Positions 9,214 to 21,123 of a DNA stretch of 64,000 bases are shown in pieces. Numbering within the stretch: the first letter of the stretch is position 1; each line of letters begins with the position of its first letter. The position numbers and the translations under genes were made by a program. This DNA comes from Alphaproteobacteria bacterium (GTDB lineage: Bacteria; Pseudomonadota; Alphaproteobacteria; Bin95), in assembly GCA_963422665.1 (NCBI GenBank), contig OY730441.1, positions 715,411 through 779,410 of the forward strand. Reading direction: 5' to 3'. The notes below the pieces were generated by a model, which searched no databases, was not told where the DNA came from, and saw only the letters and a list, made by a program, of their open reading frames with translations.

Positions 9214-9735
9214 TCAGGCGGTGAGGCGGCCTACTATTTCTTCGATGGCGGCGTCCGCCAGCGCCTGGATTTCGGCGTCGGTGCGGTCCTGGATCGGGTG
9301 CGGGACGAAGATCATCGGCGGCTCGTAGCCGAGCGCCGCGGACTGCGCCCGCCACGCCTCCACGAACTCCGCGGTCGCCACGCCCACGCCGACGACGCCG
9401 CGCGCTTCGAGGTCTGCGATATCATGCGTACAGCACGATGTGCAGGAGCCTCAGTCGGCCAGCCCTTCGACGACGAGGGCGGCCTCGGAAGCGATCTGCT
9501 GCTTGACGGCAATCGGGGCCGTGCGGGCGAAGGTCGGCTTCATGTAGCGCCTCACTTCGATGCCCCGCTCGCCGAGGCGCAGATGCAGGCGGTCGAGAAA
9601 GACATCGCCGCGCGCCTTGGAAATGTCCAGCAGCGCCACGGTCTTGCCGTCCAGCGAGGCCGGGCGGGCCAGCGGCTCGCGCCGCGCCGGCTCGACTTCG
9701 CCGGTCGGATCGACCAGCACCGGTGTGTTCCTCAT
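9214..9735 (-). CDS. UGSC-family selenoprotein (in-frame TGA at 9451..9453 read as selenocysteine)
   Basis: The 94-aa ORF 9451..9735 ends ...VVEGLAD-TGA. The same frame continues GSCTSCCTHDIADLEARGVVGVG...IEEIVGRLTA to a stop at 9214..9216, with no other stop. The 522 nt are in frame. The motif reads U-G-S-C exactly. Confidence 0.65.
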
Positions 9736-11096
9736 GTGCCAACCTCCTTCGTTACGGGAATGCTGCCGACCGGGCCGGTGGCGGCCCAGCCGGGCAGAAT
9801 GGCGGAGAACATGCCCGCGCCGCCGCCGGCGCGCACGATCAACAGGCCGCCCTCGCGCAGCTTGGGCGCGCCGTGGTCCGGCTCGTCGAGCGCGGCGCGG
9901 AGCGCCGCCTCCAGGTCCTCGCGCGACCAGCCGGCGGCCCGGAAGACGCGGTCATGCTCCGGGGACACGACGACCACGGCGTCGATATGGCGCCGGTTCC
10001 GGTTCTCCAGGCCCCGGAACACATCGGCGAAGGTCTCCACCAGGGCGTCGGGCGTACGGGAGTCCTGGTCCACCACCCCCATCACGCCGTAGCCGGCAAA
10101 CAGCGTGACGGCCGAACGCCCCGCGCCCGCGCCCCGGCTTTCGGAGAGCGGCGGCCAGGCCGAACCCTCCTCGTCCTCGGCGAAGCAGAAGGTGTATTTG
10201 CCGGGATTGCCGAGCGCGGCCCGGTCCACGCCCTGCGGCTTGCCGCCGCCGACATTGCGCACCACCAGTTGCAGCGCCCGGCCGACGGTGGCGTTGGCGC
10301 GGTTGCCCTGCCCGAGCGCGTTGCCCTTCGCGTTCATGCCGATGGCGCGGCGCACCGGCCCGTTCACGATGACAATGGGGCCGATATAGTAGGTCGTCGC
10401 AAGCACGCCGTGCAGGCAGAAGCCGTCGTCCAGCGCCGCCTCGACCGCCGCCAGCACGACCGGCAGGTATTCCGGCTTGCAGCCGGCCATCACGGCGTTG
10501 ACCGCCACCTTCTCCACCGTGCAGGGCTGGAGGTTCGGCGGCGCGAGGCCCAGCACTTCGCCCGGATCGCGCACCGTGCCGTCGAGCATCGCGAGCACCC
10601 GCGCCTCTGTCGGCGGCGCCACCGGCAGCCCGTCCGACCAGCCGCGGTCGTAGGCGGCCTCGATCTCGTCCTCCAGCGGCGCCAGCGGCACGCGGCGGGA
10701 CTTGAGGCGCGTCGAGCCGAAGCGCGCGGCCAGCGCCTCCGGCATTCCCGGCTCCACATTCTTCGCCCCACAGCCGGGACGGAAGGGCGGCAGGCCGGCG
10801 CCGAGGCCGTCAAGACCCGTCAGGCGTTCCCACTCGGCGCGGTCCCAGCCCCAGGTTCGCCCGACCTCGTCGCCGTCCTCCCGCCGGATCAGGGTCGGCA
10901 CGATCTCCACGCCGAGGCGGAAGGACCGTTCGAGCCCCTCGTCGAGCGCGCCGGACACGCTTTCAGGGAAGGCGGGGTCGTCCTGCGTCCACACGTCGAG
11001 CGCAATCCCGGAGTCCGCCAGCGCGGCATAGACCGGCTCAAGCAGGGCGCAGGTCGGGCAGTCGCGCTTCACGACCAAGGTAAGCTGCATCGTCAT
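9732..11096 (-). CDS. thioredoxin-fold (CPTC) domain protein with a large uncharacterised C-terminal domain
   Basis: 454 aa. Its N-terminus is MTMQLTLVVKRDCPTCALLEPVYAAL. Its stop overlaps the start of the UGSC gene (ATGA overlap), so the two are probably co-transcribed. Confidence 0.5.
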   Translation of the reverse strand: MTMQLTLVVKRDCPTCALLEPVYAALADSGIALDVWTQDDPAFPESVSGALDEGLERSFRLGVEIVPTLIRREDGDEVGRTWGWDRAEWERLTGLDGLGAGLPPFRPGCGAKNVEPGMPEALAARFGSTRLKSRRVPLAPLEDEIEAAYDRGWSDGLPVAPPTEARVLAMLDGTVRDPGEVLGLAPPNLQPCTVEKVAVNAVMAGCKPEYLPVVLAAVEAALDDGFCLHGVLATTYYIGPIVIVNGPVRRAIGMNAKGNALGQGNRANATVGRALQLVVRNVGGGKPQGVDRAALGNPGKYTFCFAEDEEGSAWPPLSESRGAGAGRSAVTLFAGYGVMGVVDQDSRTPDALVETFADVFRGLENRNRRHIDAVVVVSPEHDRVFRAAGWSREDLEAALRAALDEPDHGAPKLREGGLLIVRAGGGAGMFSAILPGWAATGPVGSIPVTKEVGT

Positions 11097-11141
11097 GGCG
11101 CGGTCACGCTAGCGCATCCGCCCGCGCCTGTCTTGCCGGAA

Positions 11142-12713
<1,572 letters not shown>

Positions 12714-12917
12714 TAAAGGCCTCGAGTCGCGGGTTCGGGGCGCCGGAACGGCTATCGCGCCTTTTATGCAAGCGGCATACCCTTTGCAATGCGCCGTCGT
12801 GACGCGCCGATGACGGTCTTGCGCGGAATTCATGTGCCATTCGTCGGAATTCCGCCATATTGCATCCGGAGACTCGGTGTTCCCGATGCTGCATGTCCGC
12901 GGAAGGGTCGGCACTCC

Positions 12918-13607
12918 ATGAAACACAAGATCGCCCTCGTCGATGACGATCGCAATATCCTCACATCCGTGACGATGGCGCTCGAGGCGGAAGGCTTCGA
13001 TGTCCACACCTATGTGGACGGCCAACAGGCCTGGCCGGCATTACGGAACAACAGCGTCGATCTGGCCGTCCTGGACATCAAGATGCCGCGCATGGACGGG
13101 ATGGAATTGCTGCAGCGCCTGCGGGCGAAGACCGCCCTTCCCGTCATTTTCCTCACCACAAAGGTCGAGGAGCGGGATGAGGAACGCGGGCTGAACATGG
13201 GGGCCGACGACTACATAAAGAAGCCGTTTTCGCAGCGCCTGCTGATCGCCCGCATCCGCGCCCTGTTGCGCCGCAAGGAGCTGGACCGGGAAGGCGGCGC
13301 CCGGAATATGCTGGCGCGCGGCGACCTCGCCGTCGATCCGGAACGCTATCTGTGCACCTGGAAAGGCGAGACGGTGAAGCTCACCGTAACCGAGCTCCTG
13401 ATCCTGGAGTCGCTCGCCTGCCGGGCCGGCCATGTGAAGACCCGCGACCAGTTGATGACGGCCGCCTACGGCCTCGACGCCATGGCCAACGACCGGGTCA
13501 TCGACAGCCACATCAAGCGGATGCGCCGCAAATTCCGCGCTGTGGACTCGACCTTCTCGTCGATCGAAACCCTTTATGGCGGCGGATACTGCTACCGTCC
13601 GTCATAG
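12918..13607 (+). CDS. chvI: OmpR-family response regulator ChvI
   Basis: It has a receiver domain ([10 protein letters not shown]...[11 protein letters not shown]) and a winged-helix C-terminus. It sits at the conserved pckA / chvI-chvG position. Confidence 0.88.
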   Translation: MKHKIALVDDDRNILTSVTMALEAEGFDVHTYVDGQQAWPALRNNSVDLAVLDIKMPRMDGMELLQRLRAKTALPVIFLTTKVEERDEERGLNMGADDYIKKPFSQRLLIARIRALLRRKELDREGGARNMLARGDLAVDPERYLCTWKGETVKLTVTELLILESLACRAGHVKTRDQLMTAAYGLDAMANDRVIDSHIKRMRRKFRAVDSTFSSIETLYGGGYCYRPS

Positions 13608-13614
13608 CCGCAGG

Positions 13615-15243
13615 ATGGCCCGGCACGGCGGCGGCGCGGCGGTCCGACGCAGGGCGAGGCGATGGTACCGCTCTCCGCTGATGCGCCGCCTTCTGGCGGT
13701 GAACCTGCTTGCGCTCGTTATCCTGGCGGCGAGCCTGCTCTATCTCGGAGGCTACAAGCGCGAACTGATCGAGACCGAACTCCGCCTGGTCGAGGCCAAG
13801 GGCCGGACCATCGCGGTTGCCTTGGGCCATGCGTCAACCGAGCTTCTGGCCGAAGGCGAACCGGCTCTCGATACGAAGGGCGCAGAACCCCTGCTGCGGC
13901 GGCTCATCGAGGAGTCGAGCCTGCGCGTGAGGATGCGGGTGCGGGTGTTCGGACCGGACGGGACCCTCCAACTGGACAGCCGGCGGTTTTCCGGCGTCGG
14001 CGACGCGGTGGAAAGCGAGCCCCTGCCCCCGGCCGGAAGCTGGAACATTCTCGGCGCGCCGCTGCGCTGGATGCTGGGGCTGTTCGACCTTGCCTTCAGG
14101 GAGCTGGAAACAATCGATCCCTATGTGGAGCGCGCCGAACAGCCGGCCTCGGACTATCGCGAGGTCGAGGGCGCGTTGCGCGGGGAGACGCGCCAGGTCG
14201 TCCGCTCGCTCGGCGCAAGGGGCCTGGTGCTGAGCGTCGCCCTGCCGATCCGGGACTTCAAGCGCGTGGTCGGCGCGGCGATGGTCTCGGCCGACGGCCG
14301 CGCCATCGACGAGGCCGTCATCGAGATCCGTCTGAACATCCTCTCGGCCGCCGGCGTCGCGCTGGTCGTGACCGTCCTGCTCACGATCTACATGGCGCGC
14401 GGTATCGCGACCCCGTTGCGGGACCTTGCCGCGACTGCCGAGCGCGTTCGTCCCGGTTACGGCCGGGTGGATATCCAGGAGCTGAGCGGGCGCAATGACG
14501 AAATCGGCGACCTCTCCGCCGCGCTGCGCCGGATGACCCATGCACTCTGGGAGGGGATGGAAGAGACCGAGAAATTCGCCGCCGACGTGAGCCACGAACT
14601 CAGGACGCCGCTGGCCTCCACCTACAGCGCGGCCGAGACCGCCATGCGCGAGGACGATCCGGCGAAGCGGCGCAAGCTGATGCGGATCGTCCTGGACGAT
14701 GTCAGGCGCCTCAACCGGCTGATCGACAGCGTGGCGGACTTCTCCAGCCTCGGCGCCCAGTTTTCGCGCGTGGAAACCCGGCCGGTCGATATGCGGAAGA
14801 CGGTCGAAGCCTGTGTCGCAGCCGAAGCGCCGCCGCTGCCGGTGCTGGCGGTCGAACCGGACGAACCGCTCGTTGTCCGCGGCCTGGAAGAGCAGCTCGT
14901 GCGGGTCGTCCGCAACCTGATCGACAATGCCAGGTCGTTCTCTCCCGCGGCAGGGGGCGTGCGGCTTTCGCTTGCGCGGCAAGGGGACGAGGTGGTTCTT
15001 CGGGTGAACGATGACGGCCCCGGCATCCAGGCCGGCAAGGAGGAGACCATCTTCGACCGCTTCTATACCGACCGTCCCGAAGCCGACCGACAGTCCGACA
15101 GGCATTCGGGCCTCGGTCTCTCGATTGCGCGCGATATCGTCAGGCTCCACGGCGGCAGCATCGGCGCCTCCAACCGGCCCGGCGAGGGCGGCGCCGTTCG
15201 GGGCGCCCGGTTCGAACTCCGCCTGCCGGCGGCAGACGCCTGA
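13615..15243 (+). CDS. chvG: sensor histidine kinase ChvG/ExoS
   Basis: It has two TM segments, a periplasmic domain, an H-box (HELRTPLAS) and an HATPase_c domain. Of the start options I favour 13615; the ORF track begins at 13576 and overlaps chvI. Confidence 0.8.
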   Translation: MARHGGGAAVRRRARRWYRSPLMRRLLAVNLLALVILAASLLYLGGYKRELIETELRLVEAKGRTIAVALGHASTELLAEGEPALDTKGAEPLLRRLIEESSLRVRMRVRVFGPDGTLQLDSRRFSGVGDAVESEPLPPAGSWNILGAPLRWMLGLFDLAFRELETIDPYVERAEQPASDYREVEGALRGETRQVVRSLGARGLVLSVALPIRDFKRVVGAAMVSADGRAIDEAVIEIRLNILSAAGVALVVTVLLTIYMARGIATPLRDLAATAERVRPGYGRVDIQELSGRNDEIGDLSAALRRMTHALWEGMEETEKFAADVSHELRTPLASTYSAAETAMREDDPAKRRKLMRIVLDDVRRLNRLIDSVADFSSLGAQFSRVETRPVDMRKTVEACVAAEAPPLPVLAVEPDEPLVVRGLEEQLVRVVRNLIDNARSFSPAAGGVRLSLARQGDEVVLRVNDDGPGIQAGKEETIFDRFYTDRPEADRQSDRHSGLGLSIARDIVRLHGGSIGASNRPGEGGAVRGARFELRLPAADA

Positions 15244-15689
15244 TGCGGGTCCACGCAAGCTGCATCGCGTTCGAAGGCGGGGGCGTGCTGCTGCGCGGAC
15301 TGCCGGGCGCGGGCAAGTCCGACCTTGCGCTCAGGGCCGTCGAGGTGGGCGCGCGGCTGGTTGCCGACGATATCGTCGCGCTCGACCTTCGCGGCGGCCG
15401 CGTCTGGGCGAGCCCCCTGCCCCGGGCCGGCGGCAGGCTGGAAGTGCGCGGGGTCGGGATCGTCCGGCTGCCGGCGCTGGACGGCGCGCCGCTGGCGCTG
15501 ATCGCCGACCTTGCCGCGCCGGAGCGGCTGCCCGAGCGCGAATTCGAGTCCGTCCTGGGCCGATCGGTGAGGCGTATCCGCTTGGCGCCGTTCGAGATTT
15601 CGGCAGCGATCAAACTGCGTCTTGCCGCACATATGGCATCGGAGGATAAAGGCGCGGCGCGAGTGTCGGACGAAGATGACGGTCGGTAG
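15243..15689 (+). CDS. hprK: HPr kinase/phosphorylase, short alphaproteobacterial form
   Basis: 148 aa with a P-loop (LLRGLPGAGKSDLAL) and EVRGVGIV. It overlaps the chvG stop. Confidence 0.8.
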   Translation: MRVHASCIAFEGGGVLLRGLPGAGKSDLALRAVEVGARLVADDIVALDLRGGRVWASPLPRAGGRLEVRGVGIVRLPALDGAPLALIADLAAPERLPEREFESVLGRSVRRIRLAPFEISAAIKLRLAAHMASEDKGAARVSDEDDGR

Positions 15690-16614
15690 CAAATCAACCC
15701 GCAGACGCCTCGTGCTGGTGACCGGCATGTCCGGGGCCGGGCGGTCCATCGCCTTGAAGGAACTCGAGGACCTCGGATTCGAAGCGATCGACAATATTCC
15801 GCTGGCGATGCTGGACAGCATCGACGCGGACCCCTCCGGGCGGGCGCTGGCAGTGGGGATCGACACCCGCGCGCGCGGTTTCGCCATCGAGGGGGTGCTG
15901 GAGCGCATAACGGGCGCCGCGACCCGCTTCGATATCGTGCCGCTGTTCCTCCACGCCGACGAGGAAGCGTTGACACGGCGCTACCGGGAGACGCGCCGGC
16001 GGCACCCGATGGCGCCGGACGGCAACCCCATCGACGGCATCGGGCGGGAGCGCCGACTGCTCGAGCCGCTGCGCCGCGCCGCGGATATCGCCATCGACAC
16101 GTCGCTGCTGACCGCCCATGACCTCCGCCGCCTGCTGAGGGCGCATTTCACGTCCGATCCGCAGGAAGGCATGTCGATTTTCGTCACCTCCTTCTCTTTC
16201 CGCCTGGGCCTGCCGCGCGAGGCGGACCTCGTGTTCGACATGCGGTTCCTGTCCAACCCCCACTACATCGATGCGCTGCGGCCGTTGACGGGCCGCGACG
16301 AAGCGGTCGGCGCCCATATCGCGGAGGACCCGGACTTCGCGCCCTTTCTCGAAGGGGTCGGCGGACTGCTGTGGACGCTGCTGCCCCGCTATGCGCGCGA
16401 GGGCCGCGCCTATCTGACGGTAGCGGTCGGCTGCACCGGCGGCCGCCACCGCTCGGTCTTTACCGCCGAAGAGCTTGCGCGGCTGTTGCGCGAACGAGGC
16501 TGGCGGGCCACGCTCACCCATCGCGACCTCGATGAGGCGCCGGCGCCGATGCAGGAAGATTCGAAGGCGTCCGGCGAACCGCTCGCCGCGCTGGAAACGG
16601 AGAACAGCCCATGA
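15676..16614 (+). CDS. rapZ: RNase adapter / P-loop nucleotide-binding protein RapZ (YhbJ family)
   Basis: VLVTGMSGAGRSIALKELEDLGFEAIDNIP...TVAVGCTGGRHRSV. I place the start at the MTVGSK ATG. Confidence 0.78.
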   Translation: MTVGSKSTRRRLVLVTGMSGAGRSIALKELEDLGFEAIDNIPLAMLDSIDADPSGRALAVGIDTRARGFAIEGVLERITGAATRFDIVPLFLHADEEALTRRYRETRRRHPMAPDGNPIDGIGRERRLLEPLRRAADIAIDTSLLTAHDLRRLLRAHFTSDPQEGMSIFVTSFSFRLGLPREADLVFDMRFLSNPHYIDALRPLTGRDEAVGAHIAEDPDFAPFLEGVGGLLWTLLPRYAREGRAYLTVAVGCTGGRHRSVFTAEELARLLRERGWRATLTHRDLDEAPAPMQEDSKASGEPLAALETENSP

Positions 16615-17027
16615 TCGGCCTGGCTCTGGTTACGCATGGCCGCCTGGCGACCGAGCTGCTTGCGGCGCTCGAACATGTCGTCGGGCCGCAGGAGCAGGTC
16701 TCGGCCGTGTGCATCGGCCCCGACGACGACATGGAGGACCGCCGGGCGGAAATCGCCCGCGTTGCCAGGGCCCTCAATACCGGGAACGGTGTCGTCCTGT
16801 TGACCGACATGTTCGGCGGCACACCCTCGAATCTCGCCATTTCGGTTCTGGGCGCGTCCGACAGGGGCCAGGTCGAGGTGATCGCGGGCGTCAACCTGCC
16901 GATGCTGGTCAAGCTCGCGACCTGCCGCCGGCACAAGACGCTCGCCGAGGCCGTCGCGGATGCCGAGGAGGCCGGGCGGAAATACATCCAGGTCGCCTCG
17001 AAACTGCTCGCCGAGGCGCCCGGCTGA
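16611..17027 (+). CDS. PTS EIIA component, mannose family
   Basis: 138 aa (MIGLALVTHGRLATELL...VVLLTDMFGGTPSN). Confidence 0.8.
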   Translation: MIGLALVTHGRLATELLAALEHVVGPQEQVSAVCIGPDDDMEDRRAEIARVARALNTGNGVVLLTDMFGGTPSNLAISVLGASDRGQVEVIAGVNLPMLVKLATCRRHKTLAEAVADAEEAGRKYIQVASKLLAEAPG

Positions 17028-17028
17028 C

Positions 17029-17295
17029 ATGCCTTCGGCGCATCTGCGGATCGTCAACGAACGCGGCCTGCACGCGCGCGCCGCGGCGAAATTCGTGGCG
17101 CTTGCCGGGAGCTTCGACGCCGAGGTGCGCGTCACCCATCACGACACCACCGTGCCGGGCGTCTCGATCATGGGCCTGCTGCTTCTCGGCGCCGGCAAGG
17201 GCTGCGAAATCGAGGTGGTTTGCGAAGGGGCCCAGGCGGCGGCGGCGCTGGCCGCGCTGCAGGCGCTGGTGGCGGACGGCTTCAGGGAGACCTGA
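17029..17295 (+). CDS. phosphocarrier protein HPr/NPr
   Basis: 88 aa (LRIVNERGLHARAAAKFVALAG...GCEIEV). The start follows the EIIA stop directly. Confidence 0.8.
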   Translation: MPSAHLRIVNERGLHARAAAKFVALAGSFDAEVRVTHHDTTVPGVSIMGLLLLGAGKGCEIEVVCEGAQAAAALAALQALVADGFRET

Positions 17296-17382
17296 GCGCG
17301 TTCCGGTTGAAGGAGACGGAACGGGTTGCTATACGCGCCGGGCTCCGGCCGGAGCTTCCGACACGCAAGGATCTATCCTCCA

Positions 17383-18669
17383 ATGCCCGATTATGAGGTT
17401 GCCGATATCGCGCTTGCCGACTGGGGCCGCAAGGAAATCGCCATCGCCGAAACCGAAATGCCGGGGCTGATGGCGATCCGCGAGGAATACGGGCCCGCCC
17501 GGCCGCTGAAGGGCGCGCGCATCGCGGGCTGCCTGCACATGACCATCCAGACCTCGGTGCTCATCGAGACGTTGAAGACGCTCGGCGCGGAAGTGCGCTG
17601 GTCGTCCTGCAATATCTTTTCCACGCAGGACCACGCCGCCGCGGCGATGGCGGCGGCCGGCGTGCCGGTCTTCGCCTGGAAGGGCGAGACGGAGGACGAA
17701 TACTGGCGCTGCGTGAAGCGCAGCATCGAGGGGCCGGACGGCTGGCGTCCGAACCTGCTGCTGGACGACGGCGGCGACCTCACCAGGCTCATGCATGACG
17801 ACTACCCCGAGCTGATGGCCGATGTCCGGGGCGTTTCCGAGGAGACGACGACCGGCGTGCTGCGCCTCTACGAGATGGCGAAGACCGGCTCGCTCGCCTG
17901 CCCGGCTTTCAATGTCAACGACTCGGTGACGAAATCGAAGTTCGACAACCTCTACGGTTGCCGCGAGAGCCTTGTGGACGGCATCAAGCGCGCCACGGAC
18001 GTGATGATCGCCGGCAAGTCCGCGCTGGTCTGCGGCTATGGCGATGTCGGCAAGGGATCGGCGGAAAGCCTGCGCAGCCAGGGCGCCAGGGTCATGGTGA
18101 GTGAGATCGACCCGATCTGCGCGCTCCAGGCCTGCATGGCCGGCTACGAGGTCGTCCGCCTGGACGATGTCGCGGACCGGGTGGATATCGTGGTGACGGC
18201 GACCGGCAATACCGACGTCGTGACCATCGACCATATGCGCGCCATGAAGGACCGGGCGATCCTTTGTAATATCGGCCATTTCGACAACGAGATTCGGGTG
18301 GACGCGCTGCGAAACCTGGCCTGGCACAATGTCAAGCCGCAGGTGGACGAGGTCGAATTTCCCGACGGCAAGAGGCTCATCCTGCTGGCGGAGGGCCGGC
18401 TGGTGAATCTCGGCTGCGCCACCGGCCATCCGAGCTTCGTGATGTCCGCCAGCTTCTCCAACCAGGTGCTGGCCCAGATCGAACTCTGGACCAACAGCGC
18501 GCAATACGACCGGCAGGTGCATGTGCTGCCGAAACCTCTCGACGAGAAGGTGGCCATGCTGCACCTGTCGAGGCTCGGCGCCCGGCTGACGGAGTTGAGC
18601 TCCGCCCAGGCGGACTATATCGGCGTCCCGCCGGCCGGCCCGTTCAAGCCCGACTACTACCGCTACTGA
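17383..18669 (+). CDS. ahcY: adenosylhomocysteinase
   Basis: It starts [28 protein letters not shown] and has an NAD-binding GYGDVGKG motif. Confidence 0.9.
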   Translation: MPDYEVADIALADWGRKEIAIAETEMPGLMAIREEYGPARPLKGARIAGCLHMTIQTSVLIETLKTLGAEVRWSSCNIFSTQDHAAAAMAAAGVPVFAWKGETEDEYWRCVKRSIEGPDGWRPNLLLDDGGDLTRLMHDDYPELMADVRGVSEETTTGVLRLYEMAKTGSLACPAFNVNDSVTKSKFDNLYGCRESLVDGIKRATDVMIAGKSALVCGYGDVGKGSAESLRSQGARVMVSEIDPICALQACMAGYEVVRLDDVADRVDIVVTATGNTDVVTIDHMRAMKDRAILCNIGHFDNEIRVDALRNLAWHNVKPQVDEVEFPDGKRLILLAEGRLVNLGCATGHPSFVMSASFSNQVLAQIELWTNSAQYDRQVHVLPKPLDEKVAMLHLSRLGARLTELSSAQADYIGVPPAGPFKPDYYRY

Positions 18670-19487
18670 CCGTCAACGGGGGTGCGCAGCAGGCCGTCCA
18701 GAACGGCCGTGAGAAGGGCGATGTCCGCCGGGCGGCTGAGCCGGTGGTCGCCGTCCTTGACGAAGACCGTCCGCACATCCCGGCTCTCCAACCGCTCCGC
18801 CAGGCGCAACGATTCCCGCCAGGGAACGGCGTCGTCGCGCATCCCGTGCAGGAGGCGCACCGGGCGGCTTACGGGGATCGGGCGGTCCATCAGGCAATGG
18901 CGCTTGCCGTCCTCGATCAGCGCCCTCGTGATCGTATATGGCCCGTCCCCGTATTCGCTCGGGCGCAGGAAGGAGCCGTGCTCGTCGAGCGCATGGCGCT
19001 GCTCCGGCGTCAGTTCCGTTTCCATGCGCCGCACGAAATCGGGCGCCGGCGCAATGCCGATGAGCGCATGGACCCGTTCCGGACGGGCCAGCGCCGCAAG
19101 CAGCATCAACCAGCCGCCCATGCTGGAGCCGACCAGCGCTTGCGGCCCCTCAGTCAGCCGGTCCAACATGTAAAGCGTGTCGGCAAGCCAGTCCGAGAGC
19201 ACCGCCTCCTCGAACCGCCCGCCCGAGGCGCCGTGGCCGCGATAGTCGAACCGCAGAAAAGCATGGCCGCGCCGCCGGCAGAAGGTGTCCAGGGCGCTCG
19301 CCTTCTCGCCCGTCATGTCGGACATGAAGCCGCCGAGGAACACCACTCCGGGCTCCCGCCCGACCGCGCGGCGACAAGCCAGCGGCGGCCCGTCCGGGCG
19401 GGTCAGGAACTCGGGCGCGGTATTCCCGGCGTCATGCACGGGTCTATCGTCCCGGTTTTGAAGTTCGTGTGACTTCGATTGAGGCAT
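18663..19487 (-). CDS. alpha/beta hydrolase fold protein
   Basis: It has a GxSxG nucleophile elbow (VGSSMGGW) and a downstream His. It converges on and overlaps ahcY. Confidence 0.7.
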   Translation of the reverse strand: MPQSKSHELQNRDDRPVHDAGNTAPEFLTRPDGPPLACRRAVGREPGVVFLGGFMSDMTGEKASALDTFCRRRGHAFLRFDYRGHGASGGRFEEAVLSDWLADTLYMLDRLTEGPQALVGSSMGGWLMLLAALARPERVHALIGIAPAPDFVRRMETELTPEQRHALDEHGSFLRPSEYGDGPYTITRALIEDGKRHCLMDRPIPVSRPVRLLHGMRDDAVPWRESLRLAERLESRDVRTVFVKDGDHRLSRPADIALLTAVLDGLLRTPVDGQ

Positions 19488-19842
19488 GGGGACCTCTTCG
19501 GCCCGACCCTCCTGTCGTCATGCCCGGACTTGTTCCGGGCATCTCTCTCCACCGCTTCCGCCGGAGAGAGAGCGCCGCGCCTCGCGAAACGGTCCAACAA
19601 CCCGTATTGGCGAATAAGACTTCTCTCCTGAATTGCTTTACGGAGGCTTGGATCGTCTTTTCCCTTACAATCATGAAGCAGCTATATTTATGCCGGATTC
19701 GATTTCCTGGACCGAAGACCGAAATGCTCAACTCTTTGCCTGACGCCCTCTTTGGTTATGGAATCGCTCATCGCGTTTCCACAGGCGCAGCCGATCCTCT
19801 GCTCCCGGTATTCCTCTCGCTCATCTTCCCCTTCTCCCCTGA

Positions 19843-19889
19843 CCGGCGCAGCATCACACCGGATTGCTGTGACTATCCGATACCTGTAG
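19843..19889. promoter_or_regulatory. complex inverted repeat in a 420-bp divergent intergenic region
   Basis: ccGGATTGCTgtgacTATCCGATAcctgtAGCAATCGGATAg. The 3' arm can pair with either upstream half-site. It sits in the AT-richer spacer between the hydrolase and the GT4 gene. Confidence 0.3.
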
Positions 19890-19910
19890 CAATCGGATAG
19901 CCGCGCCGCC

Positions 19911-21041
19911 ATGCCCTCATGCCGCTCCCCCGCCGAAGCCTGGCTCAAGGGCAAGACAATCCTGCAAGTGCTGCCGGCGCTGGAGGCGGGCGGCGTCGAA
20001 CGGGGTACGCTGGAGATCGCCGCCACGCTCCGCGAAGCCGGCGCCCGGGCGCTGGTCGCCTCCTCCGGCGGACGGATGGCGGCCGGGCTCGGCGCGGACC
20101 ATATCGCCCTGCCGGTCCACACGAAAAACGCCGTCGGCCTCTGGTGCAATGCGGGCCGTCTCAAGGCGCTGATCGCGCGGGAAGGCGTGGACCTCGTCCA
20201 TGCCCGGTCGCGCGCGCCGGCCTGGAGCGCCCGGTCGGCGGCCCGGCGCGCAGGGGTTCCGTTCGTCACCACCTTCCACGGCGCTTACAGCGCTGGCAGC
20301 GCCGCCAAGCGCGCCTGGAACCGGGTTATGGTCCGGGGCGACCTCGTTATCGCCGTCTCGGACTTCATCGCGGCGCATATGCGCGAAACCTATCGCTGCC
20401 TCCCGGACCGCATCCGGGTCGTACATGAGGGCATCGACGCGGCGGCCTTCGATCCTGCCGCCGTCGCGCCCCGCGAGAGGGCCGCCCTGCGCGCGGCGTG
20501 GGCCGTCCCGGAAGTCGCGCGGGTCGCGCTGCTGCCGGGGCGGCTAACGCGCCTCAAAGGCCACGCCGTGCTCATCGAGGCGATGCGGCGGCTCGCGGAC
20601 CCGGCGCTCGTCGCCGTGTTCGCGGGCTCGGATCGGGGCCGGGACGCCTACCGGCGGGAACTGGAGGCGCAAGCGCGCCGCCTGCCGGTGCGCTTCGCCG
20701 GACATATCGACGATGTGGCGGCCGCCTATGCCGCGAGCGATGTCGTCATTTCCGCATCGGTCCAGCCCGAATCCTTCGGCCGGATCATGGCGGAGGCCGG
20801 CGCCATGGGCCTTCCCGTCGTCGCCAGCGACCATGGCGGCGCGCGCGAAATCGTGCGCCACGGCGAGACCGGGTGGCTGGCGGCGCCGGGCGATCCCGCC
20901 GCTCTCGCCGAGGGCATCCGCAGCGCCCTCGCCGCTGCGGGCCCCGCCCTTGCGGAGAAGGCGCGCGCGCATGTGCTCGCCCGATTCACGCTGGCGCGCA
21001 TGTGCGAGCGCACGCTCGCGGTTTACGGGGAGTTGTTGTGA
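19911..21041 (+). CDS. glycosyltransferase family 4 (GT-B fold)
   Basis: It has an N-terminal sugar-binding domain and a C-terminal Glycos_transf_1 region (GRLTRLKGH...EPESFGRIMAEAGAMGLPVVAS). Confidence 0.8.
   Translation: MPSCRSPAEAWLKGKTILQVLPALEAGGVERGTLEIAATLREAGARALVASSGGRMAAGLGADHIALPVHTKNAVGLWCNAGRLKALIAREGVDLVHARSRAPAWSARSAARRAGVPFVTTFHGAYSAGSAAKRAWNRVMVRGDLVIAVSDFIAAHMRETYRCLPDRIRVVHEGIDAAAFDPAAVAPRERAALRAAWAVPEVARVALLPGRLTRLKGHAVLIEAMRRLADPALVAVFAGSDRGRDAYRRELEAQARRLPVRFAGHIDDVAAAYAASDVVISASVQPESFGRIMAEAGAMGLPVVASDHGGAREIVRHGETGWLAAPGDPAALAEGIRSALAAAGPALAEKARAHVLARFTLARMCERTLAVYGELL
20941..21030. repeat. 3' end of the GT4 gene; a direct repeat partner is at 21473..21535
   Basis: gccccgcccttgcggagaaggcgcgcgcgcatgtgc...gagcgcacgctcgcggtttacgggga recurs downstream of small gene C, with a 29-bp internal deletion. 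Confidence 0.8.
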
Positions 21042-21069
21042 CGGGTGTCTGTAGACGCTCTCGTCCCGG

Positions 21070-21092
21070 CCCGGATGTGCTACAAGGGACAC
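21070..21092. promoter_or_regulatory. conserved upstream element shared by paralogs C and D (second copy at 26046..26070)
   Basis: cccggatgtgctacaaggg(a/g)cac followed by ggaaggaccggagagg(t/c)cATG. It lies 31-53 bp upstream of both start codons and contains a TGTGC...GCACA partial palindrome. Confidence 0.45.
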
Positions 21093-21123
21093 GCAAGCGG
21101 TACAGGTAAGGACCGGAGAGGTC

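Noticed and set aside
17296-17382. SAH riboswitch in the ahcY leader
   Set aside because: Hairpins are present (cgttcc..ggaacg and gctccggccggagc). However, I cannot find the conserved SAH-riboswitch core sequence by eye, and the 87-nt spacer is shared with the upstream HPr terminator. It needs cmscan (RF01057) to decide.
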